IMG/VR virus record: IMGVR_UViG_3300020207_000022
Coordinates: 1,834 to 65,833 of that record
Length of the DNA: 64,000 nt
Strand: one strand, 5' to 3'
Origin: a virus
Lineage: Duplodnaviria > Caudoviricetes
The notes beneath the pieces were generated by a model, which was given only the letters and a program-made list of their open reading frames with translations, was not told where the DNA came from and ran no database searches. Below, piece after piece: positions 1-8,297 of this stretch; the stretch's first letter is position 1; every line of letters starts with the position of its first letter. Position numbers and translations under genes: made by a program.

Positions 1-33
1 GAAAGCGGTGTGGATTACTGCAACTTGTGTCAT
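1..33 (-). CDS. 5' end of an early gene running off the window (MTQVAVIHTAF...)
   Basis: ATG at 33-31, preceded by an AGAGAGAG RBS and a consensus promoter. Confidence 0.6.
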   Translation of the reverse strand, partial: MTQVAVIHTAF

Positions 34-61
34 GATATATCTCTCTCTTGATTACCTATGT

Positions 62-90
62 ATTATATGACATTTCGTAGGGAATGTCAA
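62..90 (-). promoter_or_regulatory. sigma70-type early promoter
   Basis: TTGACA(90-85)-17 bp-TATAAT(67-62), with an A-tract upstream. Confidence 0.85.
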
Positions 91-107
91 CCCCTTTTTT
101 GAATTAA

Positions 108-380
108 TTACGAATTAATTTTGATGCCCCCTTCTGGGAATTTTAGACCAAACTTATCGATCATGATATCACGTACCTTCTCACGATCTAGTGAATCTCC
201 ACAGAAAGAAAAACTATCTTCTGGATTTGTACCAACTTGATCGATGTACTGTTTTGTAGCTTCGATGATCTGTGTGGGTGTTGCACCCATATCATAGATC
301 CCGCCAGGACCATAGAAGTCTTGTACATAGACAAGGAAGTCTGCTACGCCTGATACGATTTTTTCAACTGAATTGGTCAT
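108..380 (-). CDS. early hypothetical protein
   Basis: 90-aa ORF with its own promoter and a GAGAAAG leader. Confidence 0.8.
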   Translation of the reverse strand: MTNSVEKIVSGVADFLVYVQDFYGPGGIYDMGATPTQIIEATKQYIDQVGTNPEDSFSFCGDSLDREKVRDIMIDKFGLKFPEGGIKINS

Positions 381-409
381 GATGTTTCTTTCTCTCTTGT
401 TACATACTT

Positions 410-438
410 AATATAGTGCATCTCATAGGAAATGTCAA
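410..438 (-). promoter_or_regulatory. sigma70-type early promoter
   Basis: TTGACA-17-TATATT with an upstream A-tract. Confidence 0.8.
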
Positions 439-452
439 GCGTTTTTTTGAAA

Positions 453-692
453 TTATTTCAAAAAAATTAATTTCATTGCTTCATCCCAAAGGTTCTTCGC
501 ACCATTATAATGATCGAAACCGTACTCATCTGCAAAGTCCATACTACTAGTGAAGTAGACATCATAATTTTGAGCTTTGTGAGTCATAAGGATGTACGCA
601 AGACCTTTTGCAGTCTTTGCACCACCTACGATGTTATCAACACCTTTGTACACTTTAACAAAACCGTTTTCTGCACTAATAAACATTTTCAT
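453..692 (-). CDS. early hypothetical protein
   Basis: 79-aa ORF, AAGGA RBS, own promoter. Confidence 0.8.
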   Translation of the reverse strand: MKMFISAENGFVKVYKGVDNIVGGAKTAKGLAYILMTHKAQNYDVYFTSSMDFADEYGFDHYNGAKNLWDEAMKLIFLK

Positions 693-723
693 AACTGATT
701 CCTTTTCTCTTTCTTACACTATT

Positions 724-751
724 AATATAATCATTATTTGAAAAATGTCAA
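724..751 (-). promoter_or_regulatory. sigma70-type early promoter
   Basis: TTGACA-16-TATATT; upstream sequence shared with the promoter at 410-438. Confidence 0.7.
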
Positions 752-784
752 GCGTTTTTTGAAAAAAAATTAAATTTTTTTATG

Positions 785-844
785 TTGTCAAATTGTTGAT
801 TTGCGAACTTTGTCAAATTTTAGTTGTTGTCAAATTTTTGACAA
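785..844. repeat. three TTGTCAAATT direct repeats; the last forms the palindrome TTGTCAA-N4-TTGACAA
   Basis: copies at 785-794, 810-819 and 827-836; inverted arm at 838-844; located in a divergent intergenic region. Confidence 0.7.
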
Positions 845-856
845 GATATGTGCTTA

Positions 857-864
857 TATAAATA
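857..864 (+). promoter_or_regulatory. T4-type late promoter TATAAATA
   Basis: exact gp55 consensus about 40 nt upstream of the GGAGAGG RBS and ATG at 905. Confidence 0.75.
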
Positions 865-904
865 GAACGAATTGTGCTTTAAATTATCTAAAGTGGAGAG
901 GTTT

Positions 905-1480
905 ATGTTTAGATATTTGTTTCTGTGTATGTTGTTATTGGTGGGTTTTGCCTCGCCTACACTTGCACAAGATGCTGCTGATTGTCCAGAAGGTTACATA
1001 TGTACTAGAGCCGATACTGACAGCACTGTTACTACAAATGGTAACATGAACACTAAAATTGAACAACCACCCCCTTCTGCAATTTCGCCATCTTTTAGCG
1101 CAGGTAATAATAGTGACTTATGTACTATCGGTGTTGCAGGAGCAGTACAAACACAGATCCTTGGTATATCTGCAGGTGGAACATTTACTGAGGAAAATTG
1201 TCAAAGACTGAAAAATGCTAAAGTACTGTATGATATGGGTATGAAGGTTGCAGCAGTTTCTGTTATGTGTCAAGACGAAAAAGTATTTGATGCAATGATG
1301 CACGCTGGCACTCCATGTCCATATAATGGAACTATTGGTGATGCGGCGAAACTAGGATGGGAATCTCATGTCGAAGAGACACAAAAAGAATTGGATGGAA
1401 TGGGGCCGTTATTCGAGTCACCTCAACAAGCTGCTCCTGTCATTGGTGGTGGTTTGTTGGCCCTCTTACTCTTCCTCTGA
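905..1480 (+). CDS. secreted Cys-rich protein with C-terminal hydrophobic anchor
   Basis: signal peptide MFRYLFL...PTLA/QD; conserved-looking PPSAISP...DLC...NC..LK...AGTPCP core; C-terminal GGGLLALLLFL; GGAGAGG RBS. Confidence 0.8.
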   Translation: MFRYLFLCMLLLVGFASPTLAQDAADCPEGYICTRADTDSTVTTNGNMNTKIEQPPPSAISPSFSAGNNSDLCTIGVAGAVQTQILGISAGGTFTEENCQRLKNAKVLYDMGMKVAAVSVMCQDEKVFDAMMHAGTPCPYNGTIGDAAKLGWESHVEETQKELDGMGPLFESPQQAAPVIGGGLLALLLFL

Positions 1481-2315
1481 AAGTATTGCACCATATTACG
1501 GATACACGGGCAACGCTGCAGCAGACAACGCACTTAAGTGGTCAATGGGAGATATCTTACCAGAACCGCCAGGCGTCTATATAGATAACGTTCTATATCA
1601 GTATAGGATAGACAAAGAAACGGACGATACAGTTACTGTGTATGTCTACAACGAGAATGCAGACGGAACTGGTTATATCTTCAGAGACAAAGAAGATTGG
1701 AAACCAGGCAGTCTTGCGGGAACACAGGTAACAAAGATCGTACCATTAGGAAGGTTACATAGGGATGTATTCGGAGACGGAGGAATCGACGTTGAAGGAG
1801 ATGGATCTGTTTATGATGCTAATGTGGTTTATACTTATAGAGTAGAACCATGTTATGATCCACAATTCGATCCGAATTGTCCTGGCTATGAAGTTCAGAT
1901 TCCAGATATCTATAATGGATCTGATATTGTAATTTATGATGCTATAGAATCTGGTGACGCAGACCGTGAACAATATGCAGAAAATGATGAGGAATCCTCA
2001 GAAGATGAACTAACTGAAGAAGAAAAAATGAAGTTAGAAGAGGAAGAAGAGGAAGATCGCAAAAACAGGTTAGAACAAGCTTTGTTCGAAGCAGGACGTG
2101 CGGCATTATTTGCAGAAGCACTTGCAATGTCTCAACTTAAAGACTCCGTACAAGTTAATCTGAATTCATATTATGTAAAAAAAATTGATGGCGGAGTATA
2201 CAATGACACAGTCGTATTGAATGATAAACAATTACCTGAGAACAAACGTGGTTTAAGAAATGGACTGGCACAACAATTGTTGCATCAACAAATGGTTGAT
2301 TCGCAATATAATTAA
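1368..2315 (+). CDS. exported or membrane-anchored protein (beta-rich N-half, CxDPQxDPxCPGY motif, acidic coiled coil)
   Basis: N-terminal hydrophobic segment LLLSLVVVCW; overlaps the upstream ORF; exact start uncertain. Confidence 0.75.
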   Translation: MSKRHKKNWMEWGRYSSHLNKLLLSLVVVCWPSYSSSESIAPYYGYTGNAAADNALKWSMGDILPEPPGVYIDNVLYQYRIDKETDDTVTVYVYNENADGTGYIFRDKEDWKPGSLAGTQVTKIVPLGRLHRDVFGDGGIDVEGDGSVYDANVVYTYRVEPCYDPQFDPNCPGYEVQIPDIYNGSDIVIYDAIESGDADREQYAENDEESSEDELTEEEKMKLEEEEEEDRKNRLEQALFEAGRAALFAEALAMSQLKDSVQVNLNSYYVKKIDGGVYNDTVVLNDKQLPENKRGLRNGLAQQLLHQQMVDSQYN

Positions 2316-2335
2316 AACAAAAACAGGGAGCAACC

Positions 2336-2845
2336 ATGTTTAAAAAATTACCTATCTTCGTAGCTGGAGCGTTAATGAGTTCGGTAATCTCTGCAAGCGC
2401 AAACGAAACTCCGATTAACGGTACAGTACAATCTCGTTGTATAATTACAACGGATACTGCAGGTACATACGCTAACCCCAATGCATACACTCTTACAACG
2501 TCTCCTACAGACGGTGGTGAACATGCTAGGATCCGTGTAGATGTGTCACTTGCAGATGCATACTATGTTGAAATTACACCCCCAACCGAATTTTCATCTG
2601 CACCTACTTTGCCAGATATAGTCACATGGACTGGGGATACAGAAGTGGATACTGTTTCAGATGCAACTGGAATGGGATCATATGAATCAAACAAAGTTGA
2701 ACTAGGTCTAACAGATCGTTATGATATGACTGCAACTGGTTCCACTTGGTTTAAAACATCTTCGTCTGCAACTATGGGTGGGTCAAAAGCTTTCCCAGGC
2801 GGTAACTATACTGCACTAGTATCAGCGGAGTGTATTGCACAATAA
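2336..2845 (+). CDS. secreted fimbrial/pilin-like (SCPU/Csu-type Ig-fold) protein
   Basis: signal peptide ending ASA; N-terminal INGTVQSRCII; Thr/Ser-rich beta pattern; C-terminal GGNYTALVSAECIAQ. Confidence 0.55.
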   Translation: MFKKLPIFVAGALMSSVISASANETPINGTVQSRCIITTDTAGTYANPNAYTLTTSPTDGGEHARIRVDVSLADAYYVEITPPTEFSSAPTLPDIVTWTGDTEVDTVSDATGMGSYESNKVELGLTDRYDMTATGSTWFKTSSSATMGGSKAFPGGNYTALVSAECIAQ

Positions 2846-2855
2846 TATAATTATC

Positions 2856-3263
2856 ATGAAACATTATGCACACGTAATTGCGACTATATTCGCCTTTTTA
2901 ATATTCGGATTATTTTCGAGTATTGCACACTCACATGAGATGGTTCCAACATATCCAAAGTTGGTGCCGTCTATCATGGGAGAGAACCTAGTCACAACTA
3001 CTATGACAATGTTCAATAAAAGACCAGAAGTAGAATTTTACGAGTTCGCTGTTTTCGATAAAGACTGGTCTCCAATTCCATTCGTATCTAAATATAAGAT
3101 ATGGAAGATACCGTATTTAAGTACGGTAACTGTGGAAATTTATATGCATAGAAGTGTAGCTAAGGACGCATTATATATTTGTTCTCGTTCTAAGTTACGC
3201 AAAATAGATTTAACTAGAACAGCAGTTTCATCAAGAATCTGTTCTAAAATTGTTGAGAAGTGA
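2856..3263 (+). CDS. secreted Ig-fold, pilus-chaperone-like protein
   Basis: signal peptide ending AHS/HEM; MTMFNKRPEVEFYEFAVFDKDW resembles a PapD-like N-domain; two Cys near the C-terminus. Confidence 0.45.
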   Translation: MKHYAHVIATIFAFLIFGLFSSIAHSHEMVPTYPKLVPSIMGENLVTTTMTMFNKRPEVEFYEFAVFDKDWSPIPFVSKYKIWKIPYLSTVTVEIYMHRSVAKDALYICSRSKLRKIDLTRTAVSSRICSKIVEK

Positions 3264-3706
3264 GTAATACTATGAGAACGTTTGCTATGGCAATATGCCT
3301 TTCTTTGATTGGCGCACATGTACATGCGGAATCTAGTTCTTTAAACCTATCCTTGCCAGGCATGGGTAGTACTTATGGATCTGACAGTATTCGCACACAA
3401 GATGGAGTTAATTGTGAAAACTCTATTGGTGGTGCGACAAATCTAGAATTCGGTTTGACTGGAATAATTGATAATGCACAAAGTCCTTTTGATAGAAATA
3501 ATGGTTTTGATTCAAGTAGGGATATTGGCGTTTATGCAAGGATAACAATTCCTTTAGACAAACCAAAACAACGTATTAATTGTAACACCCTATATGAATT
3601 AGAACTGAGAAAGAAAAGACTAGAAGTTTTGAAACTCCAAGAAGAATTAAATGCTTTGAGAAGATTGAATGCTCAGCAACCAGTTGAGGAACAGTTCGAA
3701 AATTAG
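3260..3706 (+). CDS. secreted protein, Cys-beta-hairpin-Cys plus coiled coil
   Basis: signal peptide ending VHA/ES; NC...LEFGLTG...IGVYARITIPL...INC; C-terminal coiled coil. Confidence 0.75.
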   Translation: MSNTMRTFAMAICLSLIGAHVHAESSSLNLSLPGMGSTYGSDSIRTQDGVNCENSIGGATNLEFGLTGIIDNAQSPFDRNNGFDSSRDIGVYARITIPLDKPKQRINCNTLYELELRKKRLEVLKLQEELNALRRLNAQQPVEEQFEN

Positions 3707-3720
3707 GGAGTAAAAATTAA

Positions 3721-4434
3721 ATGTCTGTATGTCACAAAATGGCAAAACTTGCCGCACTTGCATACTTCGACGGTAAAGAGGCGAAAGAAGCGGTCAAGTC
3801 TCTGGGATACACATATCATAAATTCTTTGAACATAATGGTGCGCAATGTCATGTCGCATACAACAAAAAAGAATATGTTATTGCATTTAGAGGCACAGAA
3901 CCAGACGAACTATCGGATGTACTCGCAGACTTAAATGCATGGCCTGCAGGTGCAATGACCCATGGTTTGGTTCATTCAGGTTTTAAAGGAGAGACAGATA
4001 AAATCTGGGCGGCTCTTTTAAGACACTATAAAGAATTCGCAAAAAATAAAAAAGTATATATCACAGGTCACTCACTTGGTGGGGCGATGGCAACTATCGC
4101 ATGTTCACGTTTAGAAGAGATTGGTAAGATTGAACAGTTGACCACATTTGGATCTCCAAGAGTTGGGACACGCAAGTTTGTGAAAAACATTGCGACACCA
4201 CATATGAGATTCGTAAACAATAACGACATAGTTACAAAAGTTCCCTTGTTGTTGATGGGATATAAACATCATGGGAAATTGCAGTATATCAACTTCTATG
4301 GGAATGTGCGTAAACTAACTACGTGGCAAATGATTAAAGATCGTTGGCGTGGTTACAAGTCTGGTGTTCTTGATGGTGCATTGGACCACGGAATGCAGAA
4401 CTATGTAGAATTCACTAAGAAGTTGGATTATTAG
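3721..4434 (+). CDS. lipase class 3 (alpha/beta hydrolase)
   Basis: IAFRGT, VHSGF, GHSLGG nucleophile elbow, TFGSPRVG, NNNDIVTKVP, DH motifs. Confidence 0.9.
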   Translation: MSVCHKMAKLAALAYFDGKEAKEAVKSLGYTYHKFFEHNGAQCHVAYNKKEYVIAFRGTEPDELSDVLADLNAWPAGAMTHGLVHSGFKGETDKIWAALLRHYKEFAKNKKVYITGHSLGGAMATIACSRLEEIGKIEQLTTFGSPRVGTRKFVKNIATPHMRFVNNNDIVTKVPLLLMGYKHHGKLQYINFYGNVRKLTTWQMIKDRWRGYKSGVLDGALDHGMQNYVEFTKKLDY

Positions 4435-4435
4435 T

Positions 4436-4759
4436 ATGTGGGAAATGATACACAGAATGTTCGGTGATACGTTGTGGATTTACACAGCGATTGCCGGATC
4501 TTTAATTGGTGCAGCATTTCTTGCTTGGTTTAGAAATACACACGCAGCCTTATGGTTGATGAGTTTATTTGATAGATCTATGGATCACTTAGTTGATCGT
4601 TTTGGATGGGACTTCCTGCAGGATGATCCCATGGCGTGGCGAAAGCGATATCCAAAAGTAACATCAAAGATCGACGAGTTAGAAACTCGTATCAAGGAAC
4701 TCGAAACATGGCAGAAAAAGACCTCGGCGAACTCACCGAAAACTTCGAAGAAGAAGTAG
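4436..4759 (+). CDS. small membrane protein (holin-like)
   Basis: one TM segment LWIYTAIAGSLIGAAFLAWF and a basic C-terminus. Confidence 0.6.
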   Translation: MWEMIHRMFGDTLWIYTAIAGSLIGAAFLAWFRNTHAALWLMSLFDRSMDHLVDRFGWDFLQDDPMAWRKRYPKVTSKIDELETRIKELETWQKKTSANSPKTSKKK

Positions 4760-5349
4760 AGAATCTTAAGAACACCAAAATGAAGTTGTTCGGGATCACT
4801 ATGACCCCGACAACCATTGGTGCAGCCTTCGCAATAGTAAGTGCGATAGGTGGATCTCTCTATGGGGGATTTGAAGTATATAAAGACTACATGGACATGA
4901 AAGAGATTGTTCAGAATATTGACGTTGATGAAATTCAAACTCGCAACAACGAGATTGAAGTATTGGTAGGTAACGCAAAAGCAGAACTTGAAGTTCGCAT
5001 TAATTCAATTCAAAAACAAATTGATGATCTAGAAAAACGTGTCCGTGAAAACAAAGTGGATACGAGGGATCAACTCAACCAAATGGACTCTCAAGTTCGT
5101 AGGGTTGAAAAACTTGTGCGTGATACTGAAGCAGACGTGAGACAAATCATTCAGAACGCAGAAGAACGTTTTGACAATAAACGTGACGCACTACAAAACC
5201 AGTATGATAATAAAGCGTCTGCGCTAAGAGAATCTAATGATAGTCGTATGACTGATTTAGAAGATAAAGTCGAAAGAGACTTAAACGAACTAGAACAAAA
5301 CCTTAACTCAAAACTACAGAGGGCGCTAGATAATCCTCTAGCGAATTAA
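4708..5349 (+). CDS. single-TM long coiled-coil protein
   Basis: likely start ATG 4708 after AAGGA; TM IGAAFAIVSAIGGSLYGGF; about 150-aa coiled coil. Confidence 0.75.
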   Translation: MAEKDLGELTENFEEEVENLKNTKMKLFGITMTPTTIGAAFAIVSAIGGSLYGGFEVYKDYMDMKEIVQNIDVDEIQTRNNEIEVLVGNAKAELEVRINSIQKQIDDLEKRVRENKVDTRDQLNQMDSQVRRVEKLVRDTEADVRQIIQNAEERFDNKRDALQNQYDNKASALRESNDSRMTDLEDKVERDLNELEQNLNSKLQRALDNPLAN

Positions 5350-5510
5350 AAATGGAATGGAAAAAGGTTGAAGAATACTGGGCGTTCGATACAACACCAG
5401 AAGAGTTGAATGAAAAGGGTATTATTTTCATTCCTCATAGGGGGTTTAAGAATAAAGCAACAGAAGAAAAAAGAGAGAAGGTATGGAGACCACACCTTCT
5501 CAATAAAGAT

Positions 5511-6131
5511 TCAACGAATACTTAACTGTGAGTTACTATGAGGGTGAGACTTGTTTAGATCACCTTCAACCCACACGTTGAACGCAAGACAGAATCGAGA
5601 ATGTTCTGATCTCGAATCTGAAACCATATGAGCCGTCTTTGATGGAAACATAACTAAGTCGCCTTCTCTTGGCGTAAATCCCATTATGTCTTGGTTGATC
5701 ATGTTGTCTTCTTCGAAGTCAAACGCAAACATGTTACCACACCAGTTGTGATAGTTTATGAACATCAAATCGCCTGAGTCTTCGTCACACTGTAGGTATA
5801 AGATACCAGAGAACAGACTATTCGAATGCCAATGAATCCCAGAGTGATCCCCCTTAACGTGTTTCATTACCCAACTGTTTTGAATTTTAAATTTATAATG
5901 TTTTTTGAATTTCCAATTATTAAAACACATATCTTCAATTTGTTTTTCGATCATGGGTTTTAAGACTGAGAAATCTTCATCTAAGACCCATGGACTTACA
6001 GATGCATATCCATCATCTGTCCTAAGACGATAAAACTCCATATCTCTTAAGATTGGATTGATAACTGATTTATCTAATTGACAACTATGTTTATAAAGCG
6101 GGGTTGGGAAAGCGGTATAGATACTACCCAT
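5511..6131 (-). CDS. putative 2OG-Fe(II) oxygenase (TIGR02466-like)
   Basis: SW, HxH (HWH), SGILYL, GDLVMFPSxxxHxV, RFCLAFN motifs. Confidence 0.85.
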   Translation of the reverse strand: MGSIYTAFPTPLYKHSCQLDKSVINPILRDMEFYRLRTDDGYASVSPWVLDEDFSVLKPMIEKQIEDMCFNNWKFKKHYKFKIQNSWVMKHVKGDHSGIHWHSNSLFSGILYLQCDEDSGDLMFINYHNWCGNMFAFDFEEDNMINQDIMGFTPREGDLVMFPSKTAHMVSDSRSEHSRFCLAFNVWVEGDLNKSHPHSNSQLSIR

Positions 6132-6227
6132 TCGAGCGTCCTTTCAACAGTGCGTGAATAAGTTTTGCTTCTTTACCTTTGATCCCTTCTTTACGGATCT
6201 GTTTTTCAACTGCATCTTTATTGTAAT

Positions 6228-6494
6228 TCATACTTTCCTCACTACTTCTTTCCATCCAGACTGTCGATGAAGTGAACCAACCATTGCATGGTTACGATAT
6301 TCATTGACAGCGTATATCATACACGATCTGACACGATTGTCAATCTCTAAGACCTCTTTTGCATAAGAGAATGCTTCTTCAAATGTGAGGATCTCAGGCA
6401 TCGCCCTCGACCCCTTCTGAGGCGTGAATGCAATCACAGAATATGATGTTGGGTTATCGACTATACCCTGTTCCCATACGTCTGCATCTCTCAT
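6228..6494 (-). CDS. hypothetical protein
   Basis: ORF translationally coupled to its neighbour. Confidence 0.6.
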   Translation of the reverse strand: MRDADVWEQGIVDNPTSYSVIAFTPQKGSRAMPEILTFEEAFSYAKEVLEIDNRVRSCMIYAVNEYRNHAMVGSLHRQSGWKEVVRKV

Positions 6495-6703
6495 TATTCT
6501 ACCCACACATGATAAAAACGCTTGGGAAGATTTTCACAAGAATACTCATCTCCCTGTGCATAGTTTAGAACCTGCACACAGTCACCTGTAGAGTAACTAA
6601 ACCAGACATCTGGTAGTTCCATTGCGGTGAGAAATGCGTAGGTTCCAAACCCACACATTGCTGCAACCATCAAACCTGTTATAAGTGTTCCAAATTTCAT
6701 CAT
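6494..6703 (-). CDS. small membrane protein
   Basis: GAGG RBS, N-terminal TM, two Cys. Confidence 0.65.
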   Translation of the reverse strand: MMKFGTLITGLMVAAMCGFGTYAFLTAMELPDVWFSYSTGDCVQVLNYAQGDEYSCENLPKRFYHVWVE

Positions 6704-6710
6704 GTACCTC

Positions 6711-7019
6711 TTAACGCAAATACTCAGGACCAGTCCAACGAATGGTGTAGTCACCAAAGATGTTACCACGAGCGGCATTACGAGTAGGTGTCGCCCAACC
6801 CGCAGGTTTCAGAATGTCACCGACTTGGAACTTCTTGTCTTCACCTTTCACGATGAAACCCCAAACACTGCCACCGCTAAGGATTTTGATGTACTTACGA
6901 CCTTCTTGAAAAGACAAACCGTTCTCAAATCTTTCAATCATGAAGTCTTGCCAACTACCTTTGCGGTAATCGTCTTTGATTGCAATCATAAGTTTTTCAA
7001 TCGCTTGGTTCATGTTCAT
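6711..7019 (-). CDS. conserved early phage protein
   Basis: GRKYIKI...SVWGFI...GDILKxAGW...ARGNI...WTGPxYL; first gene after an early promoter. Confidence 0.8.
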   Translation of the reverse strand: MNMNQAIEKLMIAIKDDYRKGSWQDFMIERFENGLSFQEGRKYIKILSGGSVWGFIVKGEDKKFQVGDILKPAGWATPTRNAARGNIFGDYTIRWTGPEYLR

Positions 7020-7053
7020 AGTAGATCTCTCTTTCTCATCACGTTACATATAT

Positions 7054-7082
7054 AATATAATGCTTCTACAAGAGAAAGTCAA
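7054..7082 (-). promoter_or_regulatory. sigma70-type early promoter
   Basis: TTGACT-17-TATATT with A-tracts. Confidence 0.8.
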
Positions 7083-7130
7083 GCCTTTTTTGAAAAAAAA
7101 TGAATTTTTTTGTTGTGAAAAAACAACGAC

Positions 7131-7430
7131 TTATGATTTTTTTAAATAATATTTCTTATAAAGATGTACTATCCCTGTCAATTCGGGGTGTTTGTGTATC
7201 CACTGGCCAGTGGATGGGTTGAACTCTTCCTTAAAGAACTTGTCCATCTTTGCGTTGCCTGTCTCTATAGAGGGATCTACCTGTAGACACAACGCATCAA
7301 ACTCCCCATCGGATATAAGTGATTCGTTGCACATTTCATATGCATAAGCGAACACACTAAGTCGAATGCGGAGTCTGATTTGTTTTGAAATCAATTCCTG
7401 ATCATTTTCTAAGAAATCGTCAAGGTTCAT
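7131..7430 (-). CDS. stand-alone NAD-dependent DNA ligase subdomain Ia-like protein
   Basis: AYAYE....LISDGEFDAL matches the LigA Ia YY...ISDxEYDxL motif; no catalytic ligase domain. Confidence 0.65.
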   Translation of the reverse strand: MNLDDFLENDQELISKQIRLRIRLSVFAYAYEMCNESLISDGEFDALCLQVDPSIETGNAKMDKFFKEEFNPSTGQWIHKHPELTGIVHLYKKYYLKKS

Positions 7431-7431
7431 G

Positions 7432-7689
7432 TTACCAGTCTGGAGCGGTGTAGTCTTTCTCTTTTTTGTAGTAAGCAAAACCATCTAGACCAAATGCAGG
7501 ACAAACCATAATACCTTCTGGCAGTCCCAAACTATCTTTCTCACCAGTTTCACCACAGATAAAGTAAACACCCTCATACTTTTCTGCATTAGCGTGTAAC
7601 ACGATCTTCTTTAACTTGTCAAAGAGTTTCTTTTCATCGTCACTAATGACATGCATGATGGGTTCACCATTCTCAGTTTCGATTGCCAT
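7432..7689 (-). CDS. hypothetical protein
   Basis: 85-aa ORF within the operon. Confidence 0.65.
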   Translation of the reverse strand: MAIETENGEPIMHVISDDEKKLFDKLKKIVLHANAEKYEGVYFICGETGEKDSLGLPEGIMVCPAFGLDGFAYYKKEKDYTAPDW

Positions 7690-7690
7690 G

Positions 7691-7882
7691 TTAAACTTCT
7701 CTCAAATACTCAACAACTTTACAATTACTTGCACCATGGTTTCGCCAGATAGCTGCGGCACGTTCCGCACGTTCTTTACTTTCATAAATCACTGGATGAA
7801 GATCCCAACAATTTCCACCTTTATCTTCCGTGACATAAATCCAGTCACTCTCACCCAATTTCATCATCAATGCGTACTTCAT
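7691..7882 (-). CDS. hypothetical protein
   Basis: likely start MKYALM after GGGGAG. Confidence 0.6.
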   Translation of the reverse strand: MKYALMMKLGESDWIYVTEDKGGNCWDLHPVIYESKERAERAAAIWRNHGASNCKVVEYLREV

Positions 7883-8288
7883 AGAACTCCCCATTTGCAA
7901 GTTTATAGTAACTAATATCGCCGTTCCACTGTAGGTCATGTCGTCCACCACTAATCCAGTTTCCATTATCGAATGACTGGTAATCGATGGTGTTTGCAGA
8001 ATAGACCAAATCCCCATTATCATTTTCTACCATACCAAAGAGATAGTTTTCAACTTCATCTGCATTACACACATGTCCGTTTCCGCCTTCATCTCTATAA
8101 AAACCAAAGTATTGATTTCCATATGCTTCATGACGTGGCCATTGAACAAACACATCACAATAAACGTATTCGCTCGTTTCTATTTGATACACATCTGTAG
8201 TGCAAACATAGTTAACAGTTCTAATTCCGTTATGGAAATAATCAATCACTGACTGTGTATTTGCGACTGGGTTATGAATAATTGACAT
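7851..8288 (-). CDS. hypothetical protein
   Basis: 145-aa ORF, AGGAGA RBS. Confidence 0.7.
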   Translation of the reverse strand: MSIIHNPVANTQSVIDYFHNGIRTVNYVCTTDVYQIETSEYVYCDVFVQWPRHEAYGNQYFGFYRDEGGNGHVCNADEVENYLFGMVENDNGDLVYSANTIDYQSFDNGNWISGGRHDLQWNGDISYYKLANGEFYEVRIDDEIG

Positions 8289-8297
8289 TTGTTCTCC

